From Candidatus Bathyarchaeia archaeon (lineage in GTDB: Archaea; Thermoproteota; Bathyarchaeia; Bathyarchaeales; Bathycorpusculaceae), in the NCBI GenBank assembly GCA_049970895.1, contig JBMFMB010000013.1, positions 1 through 45,723 on the forward strand: DNA of 45,723 nt, in the 5' to 3' direction. The position numbers and the translations under genes are program-made. The notes below the pieces were generated by a model that did not search any database, was not told where the DNA came from, and saw only the letters and a list, made by a program, of their open reading frames with translations. This document shows positions 8,534 through 18,734 of this stretch, piece after piece (positions within the stretch are counted from its first letter, which is position 1; every line of letters begins with the position of its first letter).

Positions 8534-9352
8534 GTGAACAAAATGATACTAATAGCCGCATCAACGAAAGACCCTGCAAGCATAAATATTTCAAGAAAAA
8601 TTCTAAGCAACTACCCATTCAGCCAAGCAAGCGAAAAAGCGTACACAGCGGAGATTTCTGGTCAAAAAGTTGAACTTAGGATATTAGACGAAGAGCTGGT
8701 TTATGCACAAGACATAGTCAAGCTTTATCCTACACTTGACCTCATCATTTTCATTTCAAGACACAGCAGCCTAAGCGGAACCCCAACACTGTCGGTGCAC
8801 ACTCCCGGAAACCTTGGCGAGGCAGATCTGGGTGGAATTCCAAGAAAGGTGTCTATTGCACCAGCGAACGCCATGAAAACTGCATTATGCACTATGGCTA
8901 GTCTTGTTGAAGAGAAAAATTTGAATTACAAAGTTTCTTACGAGTGTACCCATCATGGTCCATCACTTGATACACCAGTAATGTTTGCCGAGCTGGGAAG
9001 CACCCCAAGAGAGTGGGAAGATTTAGAGGCAGCAGAGGCTGTTGCACATGCCACAATGAAAGCTGTTGAAAATTTCAGCCAACAAGAAAGCATAGCAGTG
9101 CTTGGCGTCGGGGGACCTCATTACAACGAAAAATTCACTAAAATGGCTTTAGAAAGCGACATAGCCTTCGGGCACATGATACCAAAATATGCCACTGCTA
9201 AAATTGATGAGGCTATTTTGAGGCATTGTGTTGAAAGAACTTTGGAAAGAGTCGAATTTGCAATTTTAGACTGGAAGGGGATAAAGGGCGAAGATAAACC
9301 AAACATTGTTAATCTGCTTAACAACATTGGGCTGAAATTCCAGAAAGTTTAA
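8534..9352 (+). CDS. dtdA: D-aminoacyl-tRNA deacylase (archaeal DTD2)
   Basis: SRHSS, SVHTPGN, ECTHHGP, ELGS, GGPHY, GHMIPKY. Confidence 0.93.
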   Translation: MNKMILIAASTKDPASINISRKILSNYPFSQASEKAYTAEISGQKVELRILDEELVYAQDIVKLYPTLDLIIFISRHSSLSGTPTLSVHTPGNLGEADLGGIPRKVSIAPANAMKTALCTMASLVEEKNLNYKVSYECTHHGPSLDTPVMFAELGSTPREWEDLEAAEAVAHATMKAVENFSQQESIAVLGVGGPHYNEKFTKMALESDIAFGHMIPKYATAKIDEAILRHCVERTLERVEFAILDWKGIKGEDKPNIVNLLNNIGLKFQKV

Positions 9353-9445
9353 CAACTGTGCCCAGTTTACCGTGATGTTTAGATAGAAAAGTTAATAGAA
9401 ATGCTTGTTTATCTTATCAAAGGCGCAACTTGCTGGTTGGCAAGA

Positions 9446-9613
9446 ATGGGTTTAAGGTCTTTCCTATCACAATGCGCGAGAACATTAAAACTTGCTGTTA
9501 AGCCCGGAAGAAGCGAGCTATGGCTATCAATAAAAATCTGCTTCTTAGGCATAGGCGCCGTTGGACTTATAGGGTTCATAATAGCCATGTTAACGAGGCT
9601 AATACCATTTTAA
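9446..9613 (+). CDS. secE: Protein translocase SecE/Sec61-gamma
   Basis: LKLAVKP..E followed by TM LGIGAVGLIGFII; upstream of spt5. Confidence 0.9.
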   Translation: MGLRSFLSQCARTLKLAVKPGRSELWLSIKICFLGIGAVGLIGFIIAMLTRLIPF

Positions 9614-9635
9614 ATTAAACGGAGCGAGAGGAAAC

Positions 9636-10109
9636 TTGGAAAAATTACCCACAAAAATTTTCGCCGTAAGAACCACAACGGGTCAAGAGAGAAACGTTGC
9701 TAAGCTTGTTGCAGCAAGGATAGAAATGAACAAAATACCAATAAAAGCCATCCTGGTCCCAGACACATTGAGGGGCTATATCTTCGTAGAAGCGGAAGGC
9801 CCCCACTATGTTGAGCAAGCCATAGCGGGCATAAAGCATGTAAGGTCAAGGGTTCCAGACTTTGTTAACTTTTCTGAAATTGAGAAGTATGTGGTTAGAA
9901 AGCCCATCATAGAGGAGCTGCATGAAAACGATATAGTGGAAGTCACAGATGGTCCCTTCAAGGGAATGCGTGCTAAAATCACTCGCATTGACAAGACGAA
10001 GGAAGAAGTAACCTTGGAGCTTCTCGAAGCCACTTTCACTTTGCCCATAACTGTTCATTCTGACTATGTTAAACTTGTTGAAAAAACGAAGGCTGAAGGA
10101 GGCACATAA
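9636..10109 (+). CDS. spt5: Transcription elongation factor Spt5
   Basis: GQERNVA, GYIFVEA, KOW motif VEVTDGPFKG. Confidence 0.96.
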   Translation: MEKLPTKIFAVRTTTGQERNVAKLVAARIEMNKIPIKAILVPDTLRGYIFVEAEGPHYVEQAIAGIKHVRSRVPDFVNFSEIEKYVVRKPIIEELHENDIVEVTDGPFKGMRAKITRIDKTKEEVTLELLEATFTLPITVHSDYVKLVEKTKAEGGT

Positions 10110-10604
10110 ATGGGTGAGAAAAAGGTTGTGGAATTACTTGTTAGCGGAGGGCAAGCGACAGCTGGTCCGCCATTGGGTCCCGCTCTGGGACCTCTTGGCG
10201 TAAATGTTATGGCTGTTGTGAACAAGATAAATGAGCTTACGAAAGATTATGCTGGAATGAAGGTTCCAGTGAAAGTTACCGTTGACCCTGAAAACAAAAC
10301 TTTTGAGGTCACTGTTGGAACGCCGACAGCCTCCGCTCTGATCGTCAGTGAGCTTAAAATCGAGAAGGGTTCGGGAAACCCGAAGGCGCAGAAGGTTGGA
10401 AACCTGACAATGGAGCAGCTTATTCGAATTGCGAAGATAAAGCGTCCAGAACTGCTTTCGAAGACATTGAAGTCAGCAGCCAAGGAAATCCTTGGAACAT
10501 GCGTAAGCATGGGTGTAACTGTAGAGGGAAAAGACCCCAAAGAGGTCATACGAGAAATCGACGAAGGAAAGTATGATAAAATATTCGCAGAAAGTGAGGC
10601 TTAA
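10110..10604 (+). CDS. rpl11: 50S ribosomal protein L11
   Basis: [22 protein letters not shown]. Confidence 0.97.
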   Translation: MGEKKVVELLVSGGQATAGPPLGPALGPLGVNVMAVVNKINELTKDYAGMKVPVKVTVDPENKTFEVTVGTPTASALIVSELKIEKGSGNPKAQKVGNLTMEQLIRIAKIKRPELLSKTLKSAAKEILGTCVSMGVTVEGKDPKEVIREIDEGKYDKIFAESEA

Positions 10605-10658
10605 GGGAACATTTTTATAACTGCTTTATAATCCATCAATGGCGCGGAGCTAGCGAAA

Positions 10659-11312
10659 ATGCCAATAGAACAGAAAACACTGCTTTCAGCTCTTAAAGAG
10701 GCTAAGGAAAAAAGCGGAAAAAGAAACTTCACTCAGTCAATTGAGCTTATCTTAAACTTGCAAGACATCGACATGAAATCTCCGGAGGGAAGGCTTCAAG
10801 AAAATGTGGAGCTACCCTATCCACCACCAGAGAAGACAAACAAGATTTGCGTGATTGCCACTGGTGAGCTAGCCCTTAAAGCGAAAAGGGCTAACGCGGA
10901 CTTGGTGCTGGATAGGGCTGAGCTTGAAGGATTGGCTGGAAAGAAAAAGGAATTGCGGAAACTAGCCAACGAATACGACTTCTTCATAGCTGAAGCCCCC
11001 TTAATGCCACTGGTGGGCAAGGTTTTAGGTCCCGCGCTTGGACCAAGAGGGAAAATGCCCATACCGGTTCCACCGACAGCAGATATTGAAAGCTTGCTAA
11101 ACAAGTACCGCAGAACGGTGGTCGTTAGAATGCGCAATCAACCAGTAATCCAATGCCGAATTGGGACCGAAAACATGAAAGAGGAGGAACTAGCAGAAAA
11201 CATACAGGCCGTATTAAGGGTTGTTGAAGGAAAATTGAAAAGGGGAATGAAAAACATTAAATCTGTATGCATAAAGACAACCATGGGCGCTCCGGTAAAG
11301 ATTAAGCTTTAA
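10659..11312 (+). CDS. rpl1: 50S ribosomal protein L1
   Basis: KRNFTQSIEL, LGPRGKMP, KTTMG. Confidence 0.97.
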   Translation: MPIEQKTLLSALKEAKEKSGKRNFTQSIELILNLQDIDMKSPEGRLQENVELPYPPPEKTNKICVIATGELALKAKRANADLVLDRAELEGLAGKKKELRKLANEYDFFIAEAPLMPLVGKVLGPALGPRGKMPIPVPPTADIESLLNKYRRTVVVRMRNQPVIQCRIGTENMKEEELAENIQAVLRVVEGKLKRGMKNIKSVCIKTTMGAPVKIKL

Positions 11313-11325
11313 AGAGGGGAAGCGT

Positions 11326-12204
11326 CTGCCGTCCCAACAAGTTTTGAAAGAAAAAATTGAAGAGGTTGAGGAAATAGCAAAAATTCTTAGGCAGTATAAA
11401 GTGGTGGGCATAGCAAGCCTACAAAAGGTTAGGGCTTCCCAGCTTCAAGAGTTTAAGAAAAAGCTGGCGGCAGACGTTTACATGCGAGTAATAAAAAACA
11501 CATCGATGAAAAGGGCTATTGAGAACTGCAAAGATGAAAAACAGGGGTTAGAAAAACTTGAAAAATACCTAACAGGACCAAACGTTTTCCTCTTCACAAA
11601 CCTTAACCCATTCAAATTAGCACTGCTCCTTGAAAAAGGGAAGGTTCGCCTAACAGCAAAGGCTGGTGACATAGCATCATTCGACATCATAGTTCCAGCT
11701 GGAAACACTGGACAGCCGCCCGGACCGATAATTAGTCAGCTGAACGCTGTGGGTTTGCCAACAAGGGTCGAGGCTGGAAGCGTTTGGATAACAAAGGACA
11801 CCTTAGTAGCGCGTAAGGGTGAGGTAATTTCTGAAAGGCTTGCAAGTGTTTTGTCAAAGCTTGGAATAAAAGCTGTTGAAGCTGGACTCATAATGAAAGT
11901 CGTGTATGATGAAGGCTTAATAATAGAGGGCGAGCAGCTCAAAATAGATTTGGAAGAAACAAAGAAGCAATTTGAGGCTGCCCACGCTGAAGCCTTCAAG
12001 TTGTCTTTAGGCGTGGCTTACCCAACAAAAGAAAACATACAAGTCTTAATCCAAATTGCCCATCAAGAGGCATACGCCCTCTCATTAGGTGCAGCTATAC
12101 CAACCAAGGAAACAATAAAAGACCTTATTAGAAAGGCTCATGCCGAAATGTTAAGCTTAAGTATGAGAATTCCCAATTTGGAAGGGGAAACCAAGCAAAG
12201 TTAA
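11326..12204 (+). CDS. rpl10: 50S ribosomal protein L10 (P0); start CTG 11326 or TTG 11344
   Basis: VIKNT, FTNLNPFKL, PAGNTGQPPGP. Confidence 0.93.
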   Translation: MPSQQVLKEKIEEVEEIAKILRQYKVVGIASLQKVRASQLQEFKKKLAADVYMRVIKNTSMKRAIENCKDEKQGLEKLEKYLTGPNVFLFTNLNPFKLALLLEKGKVRLTAKAGDIASFDIIVPAGNTGQPPGPIISQLNAVGLPTRVEAGSVWITKDTLVARKGEVISERLASVLSKLGIKAVEAGLIMKVVYDEGLIIEGEQLKIDLEETKKQFEAAHAEAFKLSLGVAYPTKENIQVLIQIAHQEAYALSLGAAIPTKETIKDLIRKAHAEMLSLSMRIPNLEGETKQS

Positions 12205-12231
12205 AATAGTTTGAGCAGAGGTGAAAGATGT

Positions 12232-12549
12232 ATGGAATATATATATGCTGCAATGCTCCTCCACAAGGCTGGAAAACAAATAAACGAAGAAAACCTAACA
12301 CAAGTTTTAACAGCTGCTGGAATAAACGTCGATGCCGTCAGAGTTAAGGCTCTAGTAGCTTCACTAGCAGAGGTTAATATAGACGAGGTTATAAAGTCGG
12401 CTCCAACAATGATGGCAGCACCAGTTGCCGTAACAGCAGCACCAGCATCAGAAGCCAAACCAAAAGAGGAAGAAAAGAAAAAGAAGGAAGAAGAGGAAAA
12501 AGCCAGAGAAGAAGCAGCACTTGAGGGGCTTGGAGCACTCTTCGGCTAA
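12232..12549 (+). CDS. rpl12: 50S ribosomal protein L12 (P1)
   Basis: [11 protein letters not shown]...GLGALFG; SD GAGGTGA upstream. Confidence 0.97.
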   Translation: MEYIYAAMLLHKAGKQINEENLTQVLTAAGINVDAVRVKALVASLAEVNIDEVIKSAPTMMAAPVAVTAAPASEAKPKEEEKKKKEEEEKAREEAALEGLGALFG

Positions 12550-12639
12550 ACACCCTCTTATTTTGAAACAGTTTAAAAGCTTCTTAGTTAGAGAGAAGCT
12601 TAGCAACGGATATAAGTCCAGTTCTAAATTATTGGTATC

Positions 12640-13053
12640 ATGAAACTCTGCAGTGCCTGCTTGTTAGGAATAAGATGCAGATATAATGGAGAAGACGCCC
12701 GTAACGAGAAGGTAATAATGCTTCTGAAAACGGAAACCCTAATACCAGTATGCCCAGAACAGCTCGGTGGCTTGCCAACACCAAGGGAACCAGCAGAAAT
12801 TAGGGAAGGAAGAGTAATAACGAAATCTGGAAAGGATGTAACTGAGAACTTCAAGCGGGGAGCGGAAGAAGTTTTAAAGATTGCAAAGATGTTTGGGATA
12901 AAGGAAGCCGTATTAAAGCAGGGAAGCCCCTCGTGCGGTTGCGGGCGCATCTATGATGGCACATTCTCCGGCAAAATTGTAGAAGGCGATGGGGTCACCG
13001 TAGCCCTACTTAAAAGACATGGGATAAAAGTGATAACAGAAGAAGACCTATAA
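12640..13053 (+). CDS. DUF523 / 2-thiouracil desulfurase-family Fe-S protein
   Basis: SACLLG-CRY, CPE--GGL--PR, SPSCG, GDGVT. Confidence 0.88.
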   Translation: MKLCSACLLGIRCRYNGEDARNEKVIMLLKTETLIPVCPEQLGGLPTPREPAEIREGRVITKSGKDVTENFKRGAEEVLKIAKMFGIKEAVLKQGSPSCGCGRIYDGTFSGKIVEGDGVTVALLKRHGIKVITEEDL

Positions 13054-13078
13054 ATTTTGGCATGTGCCACACTCTTTT

Positions 13079-14098
13079 TTATTTGCCTTTCAAAAGTTTT
13101 GGCAACAGCAAAGGCAGCCACCCACAAACAATCATTAGGGTTCCTGGAAAAGCCCTCATCCTGAAGGTTAATATTAAGGCTTCAAAGATAAAGAAGGAGG
13201 CAGCCATTCCCAATGCTGATAGAATAGCAAGATTTTTTCCATATTTTTTGTAAGTTTGTACCGCTATGAGACCGGCAAAGAAGAAATCCCCTAAGCCAAG
13301 CGACATGTAAAGCGTGCCCCAATTTGTCCTTATTTCAGGAATTGTTGGCATGGTGACAAGCACTGGAAGCCTTAAAGCGGAAACATGTGTTGCCGCCGAA
13401 ACCATAGTTCCCGTTACAAGCACTAGGATTATGTCGGCTGCTGTCAAGAGCCCGGCGAAGATTAGTGTTGTTTTCCATGTGAAAAAAGCCGCAAGATATA
13501 GAACTACCAGAACAGCGAAAATTATGCCATACATGTTAAGAAGGTATGGAAACCAAATTGGGCTTCTGCTGTAAAAAGCGTAGAGAATTATGAATAGGGC
13601 GGATGGCAAAACAGCCAAATACCATCGCCGCCCAATACACTTTCTCGTCTCTTCATAGATCAGGGCTATGAAAGAAAAGCCGAACAAGCAGTAAAATGCC
13701 GCAGCACCATATGCGGATAGCCCCCTTAAAAACGCTATGTTGAAGAGGCTGATGGTTGCCGCCATAAAACTGATTATTAGAAAGATCGTGCAGAAAAACT
13801 GGCTTTTAGTTTTTTGAAAATCCGAAAAGATATATGTGAACATAAAAAGAAGAGCTGAATAAGCGAACAGGAATATTATCATAACAGCCATCTGTGGGAC
13901 AAAAACCATAAGCGAAACGACTATGCTTATTGATGCCACAAGCATAACAGCGTCTTTAACTTCAAATTCCCTTTCTTCGAAGGTCATTTTTAGCTTTCCC
14001 TCAACTTTATCATTTAGGAAAGTGGCTGCTATTGTGACTGCAAAAAGGGTTAGGGGCATGGCAATGTCAAAGTACATAAGCGCACATAAGCTAAACAA
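13079..14098 (-). CDS. Polytopic membrane protein, GxGD (presenilin/SPP-like) aspartyl protease candidate
   Basis: Many hydrophobic helices; AD in one TM, SLGLGDFF motif, FPGTL at the PAL position. Confidence 0.7.
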   Translation of the reverse strand: MFSLCALMYFDIAMPLTLFAVTIAATFLNDKVEGKLKMTFEEREFEVKDAVMLVASISIVVSLMVFVPQMAVMIIFLFAYSALLFMFTYIFSDFQKTKSQFFCTIFLIISFMAATISLFNIAFLRGLSAYGAAAFYCLFGFSFIALIYEETRKCIGRRWYLAVLPSALFIILYAFYSRSPIWFPYLLNMYGIIFAVLVVLYLAAFFTWKTTLIFAGLLTAADIILVLVTGTMVSAATHVSALRLPVLVTMPTIPEIRTNWGTLYMSLGLGDFFFAGLIAVQTYKKYGKNLAILSALGMAASFFIFEALILTFRMRAFPGTLMIVCGWLPLLLPKLLKGK

Positions 14099-14109
14099 AC
14101 ATTTAAACC

Positions 14110-14964
14110 TTAAACCCTAAATGCACAGTTAAAAACTGCCAAAGAGGCAATAAGAGCCTCTTCAGTCCGCACAGTCTCCGTCCACTGTCCAGGAACAGCA
14201 TTCACAACAAAATCAAAGATTTGATCTAGTTTTAGCCCCTCCTGCTGGACAATTTCATACAGCCCCTTTGTCGGTGCTCCAAAGGCAATCAGTATTTTTT
14301 CTGCACTTTTCCACTTTTCAGCGATTTTATCCTTGACTTCTGGGAAGGGAGAACCATATTTTGATGTGGCTATTTTCATGTCAAAATGCCTATGTTTCAC
14401 CAGTTCTCCAATCGAATTTTCCCATGTGGTTACGGTGTATCCCCAGTAGTAGGGGATTTCGCTGCGGTTTGCAAGGCATACCACAACATGCCTATCCAAG
14501 TCAATTATTTTTACGGTTACCCGTTTTCCGAGAGGTAATTTTGCTTCTGGGATTAGTGCAAGTTTGTCCACGCCTATATCTATGAGTATGCCTTTCTCCG
14601 ACTTTGATATTGTTACGCCTTCTCGATATTCGCCAACTTTTAGGTCTGTTGCACTTTTGCCTAGTGGATGATGGGGTGTTCTTAGGGGTGGTAGGATGCC
14701 AGCATAACGCAACTCTGGTTTGAGCTTAAACAATTTCTTCCGCAGATATTGCGGAGTCTCCATATAACTCAGCAGTGTGGCAACTAAATCCATTTCAACC
14801 TTTTGATTTAGCCTCAACTCGTCTTTGTAAATTATTATCTCTTCAACCCCGAAGATGGCGGCTGCCCTCCCAATTAAGCCTATTTTAGAGGTCTTCTCCC
14901 GCAAGTGTGGAGTGTCGGAGACAACGGACGCTGGAATCGCTATCGCAATCCTTTTTCTCTTCAA
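14110..14964 (-). CDS. SPOUT RNA methyltransferase (DUF171/C9orf114-like)
   Basis: YMETPQYLRK, GILPPL--PHH, YREG, YWGY, TVRTEEA. Confidence 0.9.
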   Translation of the reverse strand: MKRKRIAIAIPASVVSDTPHLREKTSKIGLIGRAAAIFGVEEIIIYKDELRLNQKVEMDLVATLLSYMETPQYLRKKLFKLKPELRYAGILPPLRTPHHPLGKSATDLKVGEYREGVTISKSEKGILIDIGVDKLALIPEAKLPLGKRVTVKIIDLDRHVVVCLANRSEIPYYWGYTVTTWENSIGELVKHRHFDMKIATSKYGSPFPEVKDKIAEKWKSAEKILIAFGAPTKGLYEIVQQEGLKLDQIFDFVVNAVPGQWTETVRTEEALIASLAVFNCAFRV

Positions 14965-15037
14965 CTCTTCCGCACCATTTGTGTTATATGATGGTTTTGC
15001 TTAAAAGCTAAAAACAAAAGCCACTAACTGCATACCG

Positions 15038-16168
15038 ATGAAAATGCCAAAAGCATCAATCTTAGACAACCTCAACGAGATTAAAAGGATAGATAAGAGT
15101 GGCATGCTTTCCTTTTATGTTGATGCTGCAAAACATTATGAAAATGCTGCTCGAATAGCCGAAAAAGTCGCTGTTGATTATCCCAAACCAAAATCAATAA
15201 TTGTAGCGGGCATGGGCGGTTCAGCAATAGGCGGAGAATTCCTAAAAGACTGGGCTAGGGACACCCTGACAATTCCGATAGAAGTCTGCAGAGAATACAC
15301 GCTACCAGCCCACGCCAACAGAAGCACCTTAACATTTGTTGTAAGCTATTCCGGAGAAACCGAGGAAACTCTAAGCGTTTTTCTGGATGCAATAAAGCGA
15401 AACTGCATGGTCGTCTGCATAAGCTCTGGAGGCACTCTTCTTGAGTTTGCGGAAAAACAGATTATCCCGAGCGTTCGCGTTCCAAGGGGAATTCCGCCGA
15501 GGGTAGCCCTTCCATACCTTTTCATTCCAATGCTAATGATTTTGGAAAAAATTGGCTTAGTTAAAAGAGTTGAAAATGACATTTATGAAGCCCTCACAGT
15601 GCTAGAGCATGTTTGCGGTGAAAACTCGCCAGAAAATCCATTAAAGGAAAACTTTTCAAAAAGGCTTGCCGTCGATATTTGCGGAACAGTCCCTGTTATT
15701 TATGGTTTTGGATTTTACAGTTCCGTGGCGCAGCGTTTCAAGCAACAATTTAACGAGAACAGTAAAGTTCCATCAAAATGGGAGGTTTTCCCAGAGCTAA
15801 ACCATAACGAGATTGTTGGTTGGGAGGAAGCTGAGGAAATGACAAAATATTTTTCAGCGATAATTATACGAGATAAAAATGAGCCAGAACATATTAAATA
15901 CAGAATAGAGGCAACTAAGGAGTTGTTAAACGGAAAAGTGGCGGGAACTCACGAGGTCTGGAGCAGAGGTGAGGGGAGACTGGCTAAAATGTTATCCACA
16001 GTCATCATTGGCGACTTCACAAGCGTTTACCTTGCAATTCTGCGAGGTGTTGATCCAACACCAGTAAAGACTATTTCTATGCTAAAGGATAAAATAGCCG
16101 AAACCGGGTTAAAAGAGAGAATCGTTGGCGAGCTGCAAAGCCTTGTTAAAAGCGGCAAAAGATACTAG
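15038..16168 (+). CDS. Bifunctional phosphoglucose/phosphomannose isomerase
   Basis: GMGGS, SYSGETEET, SSGG, ENSK, PELNHNEI. Confidence 0.92.
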   Translation: MKMPKASILDNLNEIKRIDKSGMLSFYVDAAKHYENAARIAEKVAVDYPKPKSIIVAGMGGSAIGGEFLKDWARDTLTIPIEVCREYTLPAHANRSTLTFVVSYSGETEETLSVFLDAIKRNCMVVCISSGGTLLEFAEKQIIPSVRVPRGIPPRVALPYLFIPMLMILEKIGLVKRVENDIYEALTVLEHVCGENSPENPLKENFSKRLAVDICGTVPVIYGFGFYSSVAQRFKQQFNENSKVPSKWEVFPELNHNEIVGWEEAEEMTKYFSAIIIRDKNEPEHIKYRIEATKELLNGKVAGTHEVWSRGEGRLAKMLSTVIIGDFTSVYLAILRGVDPTPVKTISMLKDKIAETGLKERIVGELQSLVKSGKRY

Positions 16169-16170
16169 AA

Positions 16171-17268
16171 TTAAAGTCTCTGGGCGATGAACTCTTCAAA
16201 CATTTTCTCGGCAACTTCCAAAGACAGAAATTGTGGCGGGTGTTTAAAGGCATACGCGCATATTGGGAGAATAGCTCCCTTCAATTTTCTGTTTAACGCG
16301 ATTTTAACAGCCCTTATAACGTCAAATAGCACTGAACCGGCGTTTGGCGCGTCCACCGTTGAGAGGCGCATGTCGATTTGCACGGGCGTTCCGCAGAAGT
16401 ATAGTCCCCTAATCCAGAAGTAGCTGTCACGTCTATTCTCTAAGAAGTCAACATAGTCCGTTGAGCCCGCAACCACCTCCGCCTTGTATGGCAGTGTAGC
16501 CTTAACAGTTTCAGTCTTAATAGTCCTTTTCAGCTCGCGTGTCCTATCCAAAGTGTCAAGGGATTCCGTTCCTCCGCCCACGTCGAGCTGATAAGTTTCG
16601 GTTATGCGCACACCATGCCTAGAGAGAAGGCGGAGCAATGTTTTATGTATTGTTGTGGCGCCAATCTGGTCTATGAGGTCATCGCCAACAAGTGGCAGTT
16701 CAGCCTCTTCAAAACGTCTCGCCCAATCAGAGTCACTCGCTATGAAGGTTGGTGTGGCGTTTACAAAGGCGCATCCAGCCTCTAATGACTCGCTTGCATA
16801 CCACTCAGAAGCTTTCACAGCGCCACTTGGAAGTAAGTTAAGCACGATTTCTGCGCCGCTTTCCTTTAGCGCTTCTGCAACCTTAACTTCTTTAAAATCG
16901 CTTAATTGGATAATCTCTTTCGCGTATTCGCCTATACCGTCTAAAATCGGTCCCTTCTGGACTATAACGCCAGATGGTGGCACATCCACAATTTTGGGGG
17001 CATTATTTGGAGGGGCAAATATAGCCTCTGAAAGGTCCCGGCCTACCTTTCGACTATCAATATCGAAAGCTGCAACAATTTGTATGTCCCTTGGGTGAAA
17101 GCCTCCAAGGAAAAGGTTGCGCAAACCTACGCATTCATCATCGCTATTGAAGTTCTTGTAGTATTGCAATCCTTGAACGAGGGCTGATGCGCAGTTTCCA
17201 ACTCCAACCAAGGCTACTTTAATGCTTGGCAAGCCTAAGCCACCATTTTGTCCCTTTTCATATTGCAT
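16171..17268 (-). CDS. myo-Inositol-1-phosphate synthase (probable start TTG 17232)
   Basis: VGVGNCASALVQG, AAFDID--KVG, GDD, GAT--H, D-PN-G, FKHPP. Confidence 0.9.
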   Translation of the reverse strand: MQYEKGQNGGLGLPSIKVALVGVGNCASALVQGLQYYKNFNSDDECVGLRNLFLGGFHPRDIQIVAAFDIDSRKVGRDLSEAIFAPPNNAPKIVDVPPSGVIVQKGPILDGIGEYAKEIIQLSDFKEVKVAEALKESGAEIVLNLLPSGAVKASEWYASESLEAGCAFVNATPTFIASDSDWARRFEEAELPLVGDDLIDQIGATTIHKTLLRLLSRHGVRITETYQLDVGGGTESLDTLDRTRELKRTIKTETVKATLPYKAEVVAGSTDYVDFLENRRDSYFWIRGLYFCGTPVQIDMRLSTVDAPNAGSVLFDVIRAVKIALNRKLKGAILPICAYAFKHPPQFLSLEVAEKMFEEFIAQRL

Positions 17269-17310
17269 ACGGGTTTATAAAGCTCTATGCCAACTCTGTA
17301 GCGGTTAAGT

Positions 17311-17559
17311 GTGATAAAAATGAGGACATGGTTAGATGTTTCAGTTCTACGATGCCCAAACTGCGGCCGCCACTATGTTGAGGCTTCTTGGTATGTGGTT
17401 GAAATGGAGGCGGACATAGAATGCGGTGAATGCGGAAAAGAGTTTAACAGCAAGAAAAATGCGCTAGACAGGGTTCTCCTAGAATTTGATATAGGCGAAG
17501 ATGGAAAACTCCAGAAAGTGGACATCGCCAAACATTTACGCATAGAAAAAAGCAAATGA
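17311..17559 (+). CDS. Small zinc-ribbon protein, unknown function
   Basis: CPNC...CGEC; fills the gap between genes with a TATA-like TTTATAAA upstream. Confidence 0.75.
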   Translation: MIKMRTWLDVSVLRCPNCGRHYVEASWYVVEMEADIECGECGKEFNSKKNALDRVLLEFDIGEDGKLQKVDIAKHLRIEKSK

Positions 17560-17565
17560 AGACAT

Positions 17566-18636
17566 TTAAGTTGCCAATCGACCGATTGGAACATACGCCT
17601 CAAAAATTCCAGACCTCACGAGCACATCGCGCCACAATTCAAGCCCTTTACTGGTTAACCATTTCTCTGGAGCAGGCAAACCCAAAACTGCCAGTCTATC
17701 TCCCTCCGCAATTTTTTCAGCTGTTATGCACTTGCCAGTTTCTGGATGAACAGGTGTAATTATATCTGGCGATATAGCAGCAAGCCGTCCATTTTTGTAA
17801 GCGACCAAAACCTCATTTTTGGCTTTAAATTCAAAAGTGCTTCCAGCAAATTCGCCGACTCCCTTAAGCTTCACATCAACAAAGGTGAAGCCACCTCTTG
17901 TTTCTCTTTCGGCAACATTCACAATTCCCTCAAAAAGTTTGTAACCTCCAGTTTCCTTCAGCACATCTCTAATGGGGTTTTTAGCCTCCCTTAAAATTCT
18001 CCCAATTTTTATAGCCTTTGACAAGCTCCGTTGTACGGGAGAAGTTTTTACTTGCACACCAGTCAGTATTCGCCTAGCAGTATATGCTGAGTGTTCCCAC
18101 TCGGCGGTGAGTGCACGAGCAATTCTTTCAGCAGCCCTTGCGTCGACAGTCTCTTTCACTATAACCATGTTTTTAGCGTGCACGTCAGCAACAACCATTG
18201 GAGTAAGCGGAATATCATCAATTGTGTAAACTTTTAGGTGAACCTCTGGAACAGACCTCCCAGCCCCATCAGCATCCACAACAGGAATGCCCCGTCTTGC
18301 GGCAACATCAACAGCCGCTAAAGTGTTAAACCCGCCCAATTCCACCGGGATTGTGGCAAAAGCGTGAAAGCCAACATATTCCTCCAACGCTTTTAAAGTT
18401 TTTACCGCAGCTTCAGAATCATATTCAATGGAGGTGGTGGCTCCAACACAGGCAAAATTTACAACTTTTGCGTCGTCGGGAACCTTTTGAGGATCAACCA
18501 TTTTAACTGGGATTTTATGCGAAGCAAGAGCCTCAACTATCTTATATCCAACCTCCGGGTCTCCCCCGCCCCCGGCTGAAAATATTGCAGCTCCATCAAC
18601 CAAATCCATTAAATCTTGATAGTCTAAATTCTTCAA
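17566..18636 (-). CDS. DUF917-family protein
   Basis: GGGGDP, ELGGFN, DADGAGR-VPE, NE motif. Confidence 0.88.
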   Translation of the reverse strand: MKNLDYQDLMDLVDGAAIFSAGGGGDPEVGYKIVEALASHKIPVKMVDPQKVPDDAKVVNFACVGATTSIEYDSEAAVKTLKALEEYVGFHAFATIPVELGGFNTLAAVDVAARRGIPVVDADGAGRSVPEVHLKVYTIDDIPLTPMVVADVHAKNMVIVKETVDARAAERIARALTAEWEHSAYTARRILTGVQVKTSPVQRSLSKAIKIGRILREAKNPIRDVLKETGGYKLFEGIVNVAERETRGGFTFVDVKLKGVGEFAGSTFEFKAKNEVLVAYKNGRLAAISPDIITPVHPETGKCITAEKIAEGDRLAVLGLPAPEKWLTSKGLELWRDVLVRSGIFEAYVPIGRLAT

Positions 18637-18734
18637 GTTTTACCACGCCACAAACACTTTATTTTGAAAATTTATTATTAAGGAAGCCTTTAAAGGCTTT
18701 AACCAGCCTAGCTTAAAACGGGTGGCAGAAAACC

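Noticed and set aside
16171-17268. MIPS as evidence of di-myo-inositol-phosphate synthesis
   Set aside because: No IPCT/DIPPS gene in the window; inositol lipid headgroup synthesis explains it equally well.
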